A stretch of DNA of 63,431 bases, filler included, from Candidatus Woesearchaeota archaeon (GTDB taxonomy: Archaea; Nanobdellota; Nanobdellia; Woesearchaeales; GCA-2687795), in assembly GCA_030753365.1 (NCBI GenBank). It is 4 parts of 4 records of this genome, joined end to end, with 100 filler letters (N's around TTAATTAATTAA, not from the genome) between each part and the next. Parts side by side here need not be neighbours in the genome. Positions count along the whole stretch, not along the records: positions 24,930 to 51,649 come from JASMCJ010000022.1; 3 more parts are not named here. One strand, given 5' to 3'. This document shows, piece by piece, positions 39,243 through 49,569 of this stretch. The stretch's first letter is position 1. Every line of letters starts with the position of its first letter. A model generated the notes under the pieces. It saw nothing but the letters and a program-made list of their open reading frames with translations, did not search any database and was not told the DNA's origin. A program made the translations under genes and the position numbers.

Positions 39243-40022
39243 ATGTACAAGAAACTCTACACGCCAAAAGATAGAAAACCAAGAATAGCCCTATTCATGA
39301 GCGGTTCAGGAACTAATGTTGAACAAGTTCTGGAACAGGAATTCATGATGAGTGAGAAATGTCCTTATGAAACTATTTTTATATTTACAGATGATAAAAG
39401 GTCAAAAGCTGCTATAATAGGAGAATCTTATCATAAGTTGGTTCTTCTGCTTGATATAAGAGACTATCAGAAATCAAAAGGTTTAGGAAGAAAGCTAACA
39501 TTAGAAACCGAAACTCATAAACAGGCAAGAAGAGATTATTCTAATGGAATAAAACGGATTTTAAGAACACATGATATAGATTTCAATGTATTTGGCGGTT
39601 TTGAGCCATTGATAAACATAACTGAGGATTATGTATGTATAAACGTTCATCCAGGAGACTTAACATATCTAAAAGATGGCAAACCCTATCTTGTTGGATT
39701 ACATACAGTCCCCATAGAAAAGGCACTTGAAGAAAACATTGGCTATGTAAGAAGCAGTGTTATTCAGGCAATGCCTTATACTGACTCAGGAGAAGATATG
39801 GATAATGGTCCTATCTTAGGTTTAGGTCCTAAACTATTCTATGAGAATGAAACAGACCCAAAAAAGATTCAGAACGCATTAAAGATGGTAAGCGATTGGA
39901 AGATATTGCCAGCTATTGTTCTTGCAACTGCTTTAGGTAAAATGGAAGTTGACTATGAATTAAATATGCCTAAGAATCCAATTGCTATAGACTTAGAATA
40001 TAAAATAAATGAGGTGGAATAA
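39243..40022 (+). CDS. purN: Folate-dependent GAR formyltransferase (divergent)
   Basis: FMSGSGTN, INVHPG and MDNGPI motifs; operon context. Confidence 0.8.
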   Translation: MYKKLYTPKDRKPRIALFMSGSGTNVEQVLEQEFMMSEKCPYETIFIFTDDKRSKAAIIGESYHKLVLLLDIRDYQKSKGLGRKLTLETETHKQARRDYSNGIKRILRTHDIDFNVFGGFEPLINITEDYVCINVHPGDLTYLKDGKPYLVGLHTVPIEKALEENIGYVRSSVIQAMPYTDSGEDMDNGPILGLGPKLFYENETDPKKIQNALKMVSDWKILPAIVLATALGKMEVDYELNMPKNPIAIDLEYKINEVE

Positions 40023-40024
40023 AA

Positions 40025-40906
40025 ATGAAAAGAATATTATTTTTAGGTGCTGGTTCAGGAAAAGACCCAGGATTTGATGATGTAATTATTGGTGACGAAA
40101 AACCTGTTCCTTACAAATACTTTATGGAAGACAAAGGGATAACTGTTATTGACAACATAGTAGAATCTTGCCATGGATGTCCTGATATAATGAGTCATTA
40201 TAGTGAACAAATGCAGGACCTTGTTGAAGAAGGATGTCAGGTTGTCGCAGTTTTGCAGGGAGGATTATACTTTGCACTGCCAAGCATCCAGGCAACACAA
40301 GTAACCTATCCAATAATCTCAGTTCCTTTGGATACTATAGCTTTCCAGGGGTTCATAGTTCCATCTGGGCATGCAGCCATTGCAAGCGTGGGAATAGAAG
40401 AAAAAGTAGATGGAACATTAGAACAGGAACAAAGAGCTAAAGCTTTAATTGTTGCAGAAAGATTCCTTAACCTGCCAAACTCTGATGTTCAGGTGGTTGG
40501 GAATCCTGAGTATTTAGATGAGTTATGTACTGAACTCGAAGACTTGGATATCAATGCCTTGAAAGAAAGTGATTCAGCAGGTCTTGTGTTAATGTATGGC
40601 ACACATAATGGGGTCTATGATAATATAAATCCTAATCAGGTTCTAATAAGAGCAGATAATGATGATACTATTCCATACCTTCTTTATCTTAAAGCAGCTG
40701 AAGAAAGACACAAATCCAAAGAATTTAATATAGTTCCAACAGTACAGGTCAAAGGGTTAAAGAACCTTGCAATATATGCTGCAAAGATTATTTCTCTGCA
40801 AAGGCCTGAGCTCAGAGAAAATCTGGAAAGAATTGCTGATAAGAAATATGGCACTTATCAAGAAAGAAATTTAATAGATGAAATAAAAAGCAGGAGGGTT
40901 GAATAA
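40025..40906 (+). CDS. purE: Divergent double-length PurE-like protein
   Basis: SCHGCP (cf. SAHRTP), ALPS...TYPIISVP and a C-terminal NLAIYAAKII; sits between purN and purC. Confidence 0.6.
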   Translation: MKRILFLGAGSGKDPGFDDVIIGDEKPVPYKYFMEDKGITVIDNIVESCHGCPDIMSHYSEQMQDLVEEGCQVVAVLQGGLYFALPSIQATQVTYPIISVPLDTIAFQGFIVPSGHAAIASVGIEEKVDGTLEQEQRAKALIVAERFLNLPNSDVQVVGNPEYLDELCTELEDLDINALKESDSAGLVLMYGTHNGVYDNINPNQVLIRADNDDTIPYLLYLKAAEERHKSKEFNIVPTVQVKGLKNLAIYAAKIISLQRPELRENLERIADKKYGTYQERNLIDEIKSRRVE

Positions 40907-40908
40907 AA

Positions 40909-42006
40909 ATGCCAATAAATGAAAAATTAATAACACCAGAAGTTTTGAATAATACGCTAAGGAAAGAAATATATCCCGAAGTAAAAGTTATAGCTCTGCC
41001 AAAGAAGGGAAAAGTAAGATCTATATATGATATAGGCAATAATCAGCTTTTAATGATGTCCAGCGATGATCTTTCAACACATGATGTTGTCCATAAGAGA
41101 CAGGTTTATGCAAAAGGAGGAAACCTAGATGCGATTTCTTCAAACTGTTTTGAGAAAACAGGACATATTATTCCTAATCATTTCATTAGGGATGTTGCAC
41201 CTAACACCTGGCTTGTACGGAAAGCTGAAAGAATACTAGTGGAAATAGTTTTTAGAAGTTATATAACAGGTTCTGGTTGGAGAGATTATGTAAAAGTAAA
41301 TGGCCCAGAAGAAGGCGCCATGGTTAGCGGTGTATCGATAAGACCAGGTTACAGAAAAAATGAAAAACTTGATGACGTGATATTCACTCCTGCAGCAAAA
41401 GGTCAAGTAAAAGATTTCCTTTCAGTACCTGAAATGCAAAAAATGGTTGATAACGCCAAGCCAGAAGATAGAGAAAAAACACTAAATACTGATGACCCAA
41501 AACTTACAGAAGAAACCATAAGAAATAATTACAAGGCATTTGGCCTCAGAAAGCCTGAAGACCTTGATTATATTGCTGAAAAATCTTTTCAGTTGTTTGA
41601 TTCTATCTCAAGGGATCTTGAATCAAGAGGATATCTCCTTGCAGACACTAAATGGGAATTTGGCTATTTCCCTGATGGAACAATTGGCCTTATTGACGAA
41701 TGTGTAACACCTGATTCATCCAGAATCTGGGGCAAAGCGCAATATGAGTTCAATCCAGAAAAAAGTGAATTTATCATAGTACAAAATGATAAGCAGCCGT
41801 TCAGAGACTATGTAGAAGCGTTGGGTTTAGATGAAGATAAAGAAGCATTAGCTGCTCATTGGATGGCTGATGAAGTGTTAAAAGCAGGCGTTATAAGATA
41901 TTGCAATATAAGAGAAAAGATAACAGGAACCTTACCAGAAATAACCACAACACCAAGGAAGGATATCATTTTAGAAGCTTTAGGAGATGCAGGATATTTA
42001 AGATGA
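40909..42006 (+). CDS. purC: SAICAR synthase
   Basis: GKVRSIY, YITGSGW, ADTKWEFG, DECVTPDSSR and DKQ. Confidence 0.92.
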   Translation: MPINEKLITPEVLNNTLRKEIYPEVKVIALPKKGKVRSIYDIGNNQLLMMSSDDLSTHDVVHKRQVYAKGGNLDAISSNCFEKTGHIIPNHFIRDVAPNTWLVRKAERILVEIVFRSYITGSGWRDYVKVNGPEEGAMVSGVSIRPGYRKNEKLDDVIFTPAAKGQVKDFLSVPEMQKMVDNAKPEDREKTLNTDDPKLTEETIRNNYKAFGLRKPEDLDYIAEKSFQLFDSISRDLESRGYLLADTKWEFGYFPDGTIGLIDECVTPDSSRIWGKAQYEFNPEKSEFIIVQNDKQPFRDYVEALGLDEDKEALAAHWMADEVLKAGVIRYCNIREKITGTLPEITTTPRKDIILEALGDAGYLR

Positions 42007-42018
42007 TTTGATGATAAA

Positions 42019-43599
42019 ATGCAAAAACAATTAGCAATAGAAAGAATAGATATAACTCCTGAAGAGCTTGAAGATATAGTTGTAACAGAAGAACAAAGAT
42101 CAAGGATGCATGCTATCACTCCTATTGACGGAAGATACAAAAGATATGTTACAGGACTATCTGATCTGACTTCAGAATTTGCTTGGACAAAAAAAAGAGT
42201 TATGATAGAAGTTGAATATGCAATTTCCCTAGCCTCTGAGTTTGAACATTATTATAAAGGAAGTAAGAGAAAAATTATTCCACATCCTTTTAGTGAACAG
42301 GAAAAGGAAGTTCTAAGGTCATTATATTCTGAATTTAATGAGAAGGATTTTAGGGCCATTCAGGAAATAGATAAAAAGAGTGACCATGATCTTGTTGCAA
42401 TGGTACGCTGGATAAATTATAAACTACACTCAGAGAGTGTTGATCCTGATAAGTTTGGGTTTTCTGAAGAAGCTGCACACTTTGGATTAACATCTTCTGA
42501 TATCAACACGAATGTATATAACCTAATTGTAACAGATATCCTAAGAGAAGAATATTTGCCAACATTAATTAGATTTCAGGAAACAATGATTGATGCAGCA
42601 AACTCTAATTATTCTAATACAATAGATGACTTTCTTGAAGCTTTTGCCGGCCAAACACATGGGCAGTTTGCAGAGTATACAACATTGAATAAAATATTTG
42701 CAAACATTACTGATGGAATAAATCAAACAATTGTTGATGAATTGCTTATAAAGAATGGATCAAAGGGAATAGTTTTGGTAAAACTCCCGGGGAAATTAGC
42801 AGGAGCTATTGGAAACCATGATGATTTAAGAGGCGCTTACCCGGATCATGATTGGCTTTCCTTCTCGAAAAGGTTTGTTGAAAATCTGGGGTTACGTTAT
42901 GCTCCAATGTGCGACCAGGATGAGTTTAATATAAGAAACTCAAAATTATACGATGCAATAGTAAGGATAAACGATGTGATATGGAAATTCTGCGATGATT
43001 TCTGGGAATATGCGAGCAATGGCTTATTCGTGAAAAAAACAGGCAAAGAAGTCTCAGGCTCTTCTGTTATGGCGCAGAAGGTAAATCCTTGGAGATTAGA
43101 AGGTGGCTGGGAACTTATCGATGATTCCTCAAGCTCTTTTCAGAAATACCATAACCTCACTAAATATAAAAGGCAGGGCGATCTTAGAAGATCAATAAGA
43201 AAAAGATTCATTAGCGAGCCGTTTGCAAAAGCAATAATCGGTATGAAGAGAATTATTGAAGAAGTAGAACGCTACCAGGCAAACATGACCGCTATCGAGA
43301 GGGAAGTAAACGAACATCCAGAAATGTTTTCGGCATATGTTCAAACCGTTCTTAAAAGGGAAGGCATATCAGATGCTTATGACAAGATAAAAGACATGAC
43401 AAAAGGGAGGAAAGTAACAATAGGTGATTATGAAGCAAAGCTCCTTGAATTCGTGGAGCAAGGTACTCTAAAAAAAGAAGTTTATGAAGAGATAGTTCAT
43501 GGCCTTGATCCAAAAGAAAGAACAGGTTATGCCACTAGATTAACACATGATACTATAGGGGCTGCTAAAGCAAGTATAGAATTATTAAAAGTATTATAA
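42019..43599 (+). CDS. purB: Adenylosuccinate lyase
   Basis: PIDGRY, HFGLTSSDIN, THGQ and GSSVMAQKVNP. Confidence 0.9.
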   Translation: MQKQLAIERIDITPEELEDIVVTEEQRSRMHAITPIDGRYKRYVTGLSDLTSEFAWTKKRVMIEVEYAISLASEFEHYYKGSKRKIIPHPFSEQEKEVLRSLYSEFNEKDFRAIQEIDKKSDHDLVAMVRWINYKLHSESVDPDKFGFSEEAAHFGLTSSDINTNVYNLIVTDILREEYLPTLIRFQETMIDAANSNYSNTIDDFLEAFAGQTHGQFAEYTTLNKIFANITDGINQTIVDELLIKNGSKGIVLVKLPGKLAGAIGNHDDLRGAYPDHDWLSFSKRFVENLGLRYAPMCDQDEFNIRNSKLYDAIVRINDVIWKFCDDFWEYASNGLFVKKTGKEVSGSSVMAQKVNPWRLEGGWELIDDSSSSFQKYHNLTKYKRQGDLRRSIRKRFISEPFAKAIIGMKRIIEEVERYQANMTAIEREVNEHPEMFSAYVQTVLKREGISDAYDKIKDMTKGRKVTIGDYEAKLLEFVEQGTLKKEVYEEIVHGLDPKERTGYATRLTHDTIGAAKASIELLKVL

Positions 43600-43617
43600 G
43601 AATGGAGATACCCAAAA

Positions 43618-44406
43618 ATGAAAGATGATTTTGAAGCTTTAAGAGCTATGATATATAGCGGTAGAGGTATTACTGTTGGAATGACTCCATCAGGCAACCA
43701 GTTTATTGGTTATTCTTTGACAGGAAGAAGACCTTTCAGTCAGGCAAGAGAGGTTTTGCAAGGTAAAAAGACAGGAACAGTACGAACAAATGCAACAAAT
43801 AGGAAAACACTGGAAGAAGGAAGCTCTGCTTTACTCATATACCCAGCCATTGTTCCTCTTGGAAACGCTTTAATAGCAAGCAACGGTGCACAGACAGATT
43901 TGATATATTCTCAGGCAATGAACGTTCCTGAATTTCAACATCCTAATCTGCTTCTAAGTCATGCATTTGGAAATCCTTCTTTTAGGTATGACTCACAAAA
44001 TGATAGATGGATAGATATCACAACATATGAACCTGATGAACCAAACAATACTCCTAGAATAAGCGCATGCCTTTTTGAGGATTGGGGAGCTTTTCATATA
44101 GTAAGGTGCAAAGATGGGAAAAAAGATACTGATATAACAGGGTTCGAATTATTACCAGGTGAAGGAAAACTAATAACAACATATAAAGGAGGTAATGAAA
44201 CTCCTCTTTTACCTTTTGAAGGAGAACCTTTAGAGGTTAAAATTAATTCAGAAACCGCTGGCGGAATCGCAGAAGGGATTTACTCTGCAATATATGGCGG
44301 TCAAAACCAAGGAGACAATTACAGAGTAAGCGCTGCTGTTATGCTACAAAAGAAAGCAGGTGGGCTTGAGACTACTATTATTAATAGAAGCGAAAGAGGT
44401 AATTAA
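43618..44406 (+). CDS. purO: PurO-like IMP cyclohydrolase
   Basis: YSGRGI, SNGAQTD and YEPDEPNNTPRIS. Confidence 0.82.
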   Translation: MKDDFEALRAMIYSGRGITVGMTPSGNQFIGYSLTGRRPFSQAREVLQGKKTGTVRTNATNRKTLEEGSSALLIYPAIVPLGNALIASNGAQTDLIYSQAMNVPEFQHPNLLLSHAFGNPSFRYDSQNDRWIDITTYEPDEPNNTPRISACLFEDWGAFHIVRCKDGKKDTDITGFELLPGEGKLITTYKGGNETPLLPFEGEPLEVKINSETAGGIAEGIYSAIYGGQNQGDNYRVSAAVMLQKKAGGLETTIINRSERGN

Positions 44407-44408
44407 AA

Positions 44409-45737
44409 ATGGCAAAAGAAAAAGACTTAAGACAAGCATACAAAACAATCGAGGAGGAGCATTTTCCAAATAGTGTGACGATTTCTTTTAACTTTAAGAA
44501 TGGATCTCAGGAATTATTATATGAAAAGAAAACATGGTCTATACCAGACCCAAAAACAGGAGAACCTAGAGAAGATGGATTACGCTATGGAGAAAATCCT
44601 GGACAACCAGCTGCTCTTTATAAATTAACAAACGGTAACCTTGTATTTGGAGACGTCCATACAATCCAGCCTGGAAGATATCTCGCCTCTAATGCCAAAC
44701 TATTAAGGTCAGGCAAGCATCCTGGCAAAATAAACATCACAGACGCAGACAACGCACTAAACATTCTAAGATACTTCACAGACCAACCAGTTGTTGCAAT
44801 AATGAAGCACAACAATCCCTGTGGTGTTGCAATAGGCGAAAGCATATTAGACGCCTACCAAAAAGCAAACCTTGCTGACAGGGTAGCAGCTTTTGGAGGA
44901 ACTATTGCACTTAACAGGCCAGTCAACAAAGAAACAGCAGAAGCCATAACTGAAAACTATTCAGAAGTTGTTGTAGCACCTGGTTATGAAGAAGGCGTAA
45001 TGAGTATCTTTGCAAAGAGAAGTAATCTTAGGATAATGGAAATAAAAAAGATGGAAAAGCTAAAAGATTGGGTAGGTGAAAAAGTAGTTGATTTCAAAAG
45101 CTTAATAGATGGCGGGCTTATTGTCCAAACATCCTATGTTCCTAAGGCAATTACTTTAGATGACATAAAAGCACTGCCACTTGGCTACTTCACAAAAAAG
45201 AATGGAACAAAATACAAAATACAAAGAGCTCCAACAGAACAGGAATACAGGGACATGTGGTTCGGCTGGCTGGTTGAATCAGGCATTACATCTAATTCTG
45301 TTATCTATGTAAAAGATGGTGTCACAGTTGGCATAGGAACAGGCGAACAAGACAGGGTTGGAGTTGCAGAAATCGCCAAGGATAAAGCCTATTGGAAACG
45401 AGCTGACGAAATCTGTTGGAAAACATGCAAGAAACCTTTCAATACAGTAAAAGATAGTTTGAAAAAAACTAAGGATCCTGAAGAAAAAAAAGAGTTGGGA
45501 GATATAATCTTAGGAATTAAAAGAGAACTCGGAAAAACCAAAGGAGGGTTAAAAGGAGCAGTCACGGTGTCTGATGCATTCTTCCCCTTCAGAGACGGCG
45601 TAGACGTTGGCCTAAACGAAGGCATAACAGCCATAATCCAACCAGGCGGCTCTGACAGAGACTTCGAATCAATAGAAGCCTGCAATGAAGCTGATGCAAC
45701 TATGATATATACAGAGCAGAGGAGTTTCAAGCATTGA
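44409..45737 (+). CDS. purH: AICAR transformylase (PurH-type, lacking the N-terminal MGS/IMPCH domain)
   Basis: LRYGENPGQ, KHNNPCG, AAFGG, SDAFFPFRDG, QPGGS and RSFKH. Confidence 0.9.
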   Translation: MAKEKDLRQAYKTIEEEHFPNSVTISFNFKNGSQELLYEKKTWSIPDPKTGEPREDGLRYGENPGQPAALYKLTNGNLVFGDVHTIQPGRYLASNAKLLRSGKHPGKINITDADNALNILRYFTDQPVVAIMKHNNPCGVAIGESILDAYQKANLADRVAAFGGTIALNRPVNKETAEAITENYSEVVVAPGYEEGVMSIFAKRSNLRIMEIKKMEKLKDWVGEKVVDFKSLIDGGLIVQTSYVPKAITLDDIKALPLGYFTKKNGTKYKIQRAPTEQEYRDMWFGWLVESGITSNSVIYVKDGVTVGIGTGEQDRVGVAEIAKDKAYWKRADEICWKTCKKPFNTVKDSLKKTKDPEEKKELGDIILGIKRELGKTKGGLKGAVTVSDAFFPFRDGVDVGLNEGITAIIQPGGSDRDFESIEACNEADATMIYTEQRSFKH

Positions 45738-45750
45738 AAAATTAATTAAA

Positions 45751-48729
45751 ATGCCCCACAGAATAGAAATCAAATCAAAAATCCCTGATGCAAGAGCAGA
45801 AGTCAGGAAAAAGGATATTAAAGATATGGGCATCTCTGGAATTAATACTGTAAACATAGTTGATGTCTATACAACAGGAAAAGACTTCAATGATGAAGAA
45901 TTAAGCTCTATCTCATCAATGTTCACTCAACAAGTAGTCTATAAAGCAGCAGTTGACAGTTATCTTGCTCCAGACAAGTTCGACTGGGCAGTTGAGATAG
46001 GCTTTCTGCCAGGAGTTAAAGACAATGCAGGAGACACTGCACAGGAATCAATTGAAACTCTGCTAAAAACTCCTAACAACAGCCAACAAGCATACTCTTC
46101 TCAGGTAACCTATCTATCCGGCAATCTTTCTAGAGCTAATGCAGAAACTATTGCAAACAACCTCGCAAATGGATTAATTGAAAGTATACACATCAAAAGC
46201 TATGATGAATTTATGCAAGATAAAGGCATGGGAATAACTGTCCCAACAGTAAAACTTGACACACTACCAAAAGCAGACATTGTTGACATTATAAACACAA
46301 GTGATGCAGAACTAGAAATAATAGGAAAGCAAGGCATTGTAAACGAAGATGGCAGCAGAAGAGGCCCCCTTGCATTACGCCCAAGTTATATGAAAGCCAT
46401 CCAATCATATTTTATAGAAAAAGGCAGAAACCCTTTTGACATAGAGCTAGAATCCATTGCTCAAACATGGTCAGAGCACTGCAAGCATACAATCTTTGCA
46501 GACCCAATAGACGAATTAGAAGAAGGATTATTCAACGCATACATCAGGAAAGCAACACAAGAAATCAGAAAGAAAAAAGGAACTAAGGATTTCTGTGTCT
46601 CAGTCTTCACAGACAATGCAGGCATAATAAAATTTGACGAAAACTATAACATTGTATTCAAAGCGGAAACTCATAATTCCCCTTCAGCATTAGATCCTTT
46701 CGGGGGCGCAATCACAGGCATTGTAGGTGTAAACAGGGATATTATCGGTGGGGGTAAGGGAGCAAAACCAATTATAAACATTTCAGGTCCCTTCTGTAAT
46801 GGAAATCCTGAAGAAGAAATTATCTTATACAAAGGCAAAAACAAGACACAGAAGATGCTCTCATCCAAAAGGTTATTGGAAGGCATAATAGATGGCGTTC
46901 AAGTAGGAGGCAACTGTTCTGGCATACCAACATCACATTTCAGACTAATCTTTGATGAAAAGTACAGAGGAAAACCTTTAGTCTATGTAGGCACTGGCGG
47001 CATCATGCCAGCAGAAATAAACAACAAACCTTCACACCTAAAAAAAGCAGAGCCAGGAGACTACATTGTAATGGTTGGAGGAAAGGTTGGCAAAGACGGT
47101 ATCCATGGAGCAACCTTCTCATCAGAAGGCATGGACGAAGGCAGCCCTGTCACTGCAGTCCAAATAGGGGACCCAATCACCCAGAAAAAAGAGTGCGATA
47201 TGCTAATGGAAGCCAGAGACCTTGACCTATACAGCAGTATAACCGATAATGGAGCTGGCGGCCTTTCATGCTCAGCCGCAGAAATGGCAAAAGAATCAGG
47301 CGGTTGCGAAGTCCAGCTAGATAATGTACCTCTCAAATACCCAGGACTGGCACCTTGGGAAACTTTGATTTCAGAATCGCAGGAAAGAATGACGCTTGCA
47401 GTTCCAAAACATAAATGGCAGCAATTCTCAGAGTTAGCGACCAGAAGAAAGGTTGAAGCCACAATAATAGGAGAATTCACAGACTCAGGCAAATGCATTG
47501 TCAATTACAATAACCAAACCATAATGGACATTGACATGCACTTCTTACACGACGGACTTCCAAAAGAACAACTAACAACAATCTACACACAACATTTCCA
47601 TAAAGAACCAAACATTCCTTCACTAGATGACCTAACCGAAACATTCCATTCAATGCTAAGCAGGCATAACATCGCAAGCCATGAGTTCATCTCAAACCAA
47701 TATGACCACGAAGTCCAGGGTGGCTCAGTATTAAAGCCATTGCAAGGCAAAGGCAAAGTATGCTCAAGTGCAACCATAACAAAACCTCTGCTAAACTCAA
47801 ACAAAGGAGTAGTAATATCACAGGGAATAAATCCTTCCTACAGCGACATTGACACATACCATATGGCAGCCTGCGCAATTGACACAGCAATAAGAAACGC
47901 AGTCACAGCAGGCGCTGATCTTGAACAGTTAGCAATACTAGACAACTTCTGCTGGTGCTCTTCAGATGAACCTGAAAGATTAGGACAGTTAAAAGCTGCT
48001 GCAAGAGCCTGCTACGATTATGCAACAGCTTATGGAACACCTTTCATATCAGGCAAAGACAGCATGTTCAATGACTTCAAAGGTTATGACAAAGATGGAA
48101 ACCCTATCAAAATCTCAATTCCTCCAACTTTACTAATCACAGCAATAGGCATCATAGACGATATAAGAAAATCAGTAAGCCTTGATACTCAAAAAGCTGG
48201 AGACCTTGTCTATGTCTTAGGAGATACATTAGATTTTGAATCTAGCGGCTCAGAGTACTATGCAATGCACGGAGAAAAAGAAAGCAAAGAAAAGCCCATA
48301 GGAAACAATGTTCCAACAGTTGATGCAGAGAACAACTTTAAATTATATTCAGCATATTCCACTTGTGTTAAAAAGGGATTAATAGCATCTGCCCAAAGTG
48401 TTGAAATTGGAGGCCTTGCCATAGCGCTTGCCAAAACCGCAATGGGCGGAAATCTTGGCATGGACATCTCCTTAGAAACCATCTCAGGGACTATTAATTA
48501 CGATGATTTAACATTATTCTCAGAAACTCAAGGAAGAATACTTGCAACAGTTTCTCCTGAAAATAAAGAAGGATTTGAAAAAAGCATGCAAGGCAACTCT
48601 TTTTCACAGATTGGCATAATGAAAGAAGATACCTCATTTAATATCAAAGGATTATACAATCAATCCATAATTAATACAACCATAGATTCAATGCTTGAAT
48701 CATACAAATCAACATTTAGAGGTTATTAA
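45751..48729 (+). CDS. purL: FGAM synthase synthetase subunit with N-terminal PurS-like domains
   Basis: QTWSEHCKH, KAETHNSPS, DGIHGA, SESQERM, DNF and SGKDS. Confidence 0.94.
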   Translation: MPHRIEIKSKIPDARAEVRKKDIKDMGISGINTVNIVDVYTTGKDFNDEELSSISSMFTQQVVYKAAVDSYLAPDKFDWAVEIGFLPGVKDNAGDTAQESIETLLKTPNNSQQAYSSQVTYLSGNLSRANAETIANNLANGLIESIHIKSYDEFMQDKGMGITVPTVKLDTLPKADIVDIINTSDAELEIIGKQGIVNEDGSRRGPLALRPSYMKAIQSYFIEKGRNPFDIELESIAQTWSEHCKHTIFADPIDELEEGLFNAYIRKATQEIRKKKGTKDFCVSVFTDNAGIIKFDENYNIVFKAETHNSPSALDPFGGAITGIVGVNRDIIGGGKGAKPIINISGPFCNGNPEEEIILYKGKNKTQKMLSSKRLLEGIIDGVQVGGNCSGIPTSHFRLIFDEKYRGKPLVYVGTGGIMPAEINNKPSHLKKAEPGDYIVMVGGKVGKDGIHGATFSSEGMDEGSPVTAVQIGDPITQKKECDMLMEARDLDLYSSITDNGAGGLSCSAAEMAKESGGCEVQLDNVPLKYPGLAPWETLISESQERMTLAVPKHKWQQFSELATRRKVEATIIGEFTDSGKCIVNYNNQTIMDIDMHFLHDGLPKEQLTTIYTQHFHKEPNIPSLDDLTETFHSMLSRHNIASHEFISNQYDHEVQGGSVLKPLQGKGKVCSSATITKPLLNSNKGVVISQGINPSYSDIDTYHMAACAIDTAIRNAVTAGADLEQLAILDNFCWCSSDEPERLGQLKAAARACYDYATAYGTPFISGKDSMFNDFKGYDKDGNPIKISIPPTLLITAIGIIDDIRKSVSLDTQKAGDLVYVLGDTLDFESSGSEYYAMHGEKESKEKPIGNNVPTVDAENNFKLYSAYSTCVKKGLIASAQSVEIGGLAIALAKTAMGGNLGMDISLETISGTINYDDLTLFSETQGRILATVSPENKEGFEKSMQGNSFSQIGIMKEDTSFNIKGLYNQSIINTTIDSMLESYKSTFRGY

Positions 48730-48730
48730 C

Positions 48731-49534
48731 ATGGCAACACCAAAAGCTATAATCCTAAAAGAGCATGGAACAAATTGTGAGCTTGAATCCAAGTACGCCT
48801 TTGAAAAAGCAGGCGGAAAAGCAGACATTATTCACATGGAAGATTTGATAAGAAACAAAAGCAAATTGTTTGATTACCAAATTCTAATGTTCCCAGGAGG
48901 CTTTTCTTATGGTGATGATATAGGCTCAGGCATGGCTTGGGCAAACAGGATAAGAAATAATCTTAGGGATGAACTCCAAAGATTTACTGAAGACGATCAT
49001 CTAGTTCTAGGAGTATGCAACGGCTTCCAGGTAATGGCAAACCTTGGCCTGCTTCCTGCATTAAACAGCCACCAAAACCAGCAGGTTGCTTTAACATACA
49101 ACGATTCAGCAAGATATATTGACACATGGATTGATCTAAAGGTAGACAGTTACACTCCTTGGCTAAAAGACATATCTAGATTAAGTCTTCCTATAGCTCA
49201 TGTTGAAGGAAAGTTCTATGCAGACAACAAAACATTAATGAGATTAAATGAAAAAGGCATGATTGCTCTAAGATATTTTGAAGGAGAGATATTTGATTAT
49301 CACAATGGAAAAGAGCCTTCAAACCCTAACGGCTCCCTTGAAAATATTGCAGGCATCACAGATGAAACTGGAAGAATTCTTGGCATGATGCCCCACCCTG
49401 AAAGGGCAATAGAATTCACTCAACTCCCTCATTGGCGCAGTCTTGGAAGAAAATATAAAGAATTAGATATAAAATCTCCCAACATAGGTCCAAGTTTAAA
49501 GATATTCCAGAACGGTGTAGATTATTTTGAATAA
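48731..49534 (+). CDS. purQ: FGAM synthase glutaminase subunit
   Basis: GTNCE, PGGFSYGD, GVCNGFQ and MPHPER; ATG at 48731. Confidence 0.94.
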   Translation: MATPKAIILKEHGTNCELESKYAFEKAGGKADIIHMEDLIRNKSKLFDYQILMFPGGFSYGDDIGSGMAWANRIRNNLRDELQRFTEDDHLVLGVCNGFQVMANLGLLPALNSHQNQQVALTYNDSARYIDTWIDLKVDSYTPWLKDISRLSLPIAHVEGKFYADNKTLMRLNEKGMIALRYFEGEIFDYHNGKEPSNPNGSLENIAGITDETGRILGMMPHPERAIEFTQLPHWRSLGRKYKELDIKSPNIGPSLKIFQNGVDYFE

Positions 49535-49569
49535 CTATATAAACCCCTTTCTCCTTTTTCTTTTTCATA

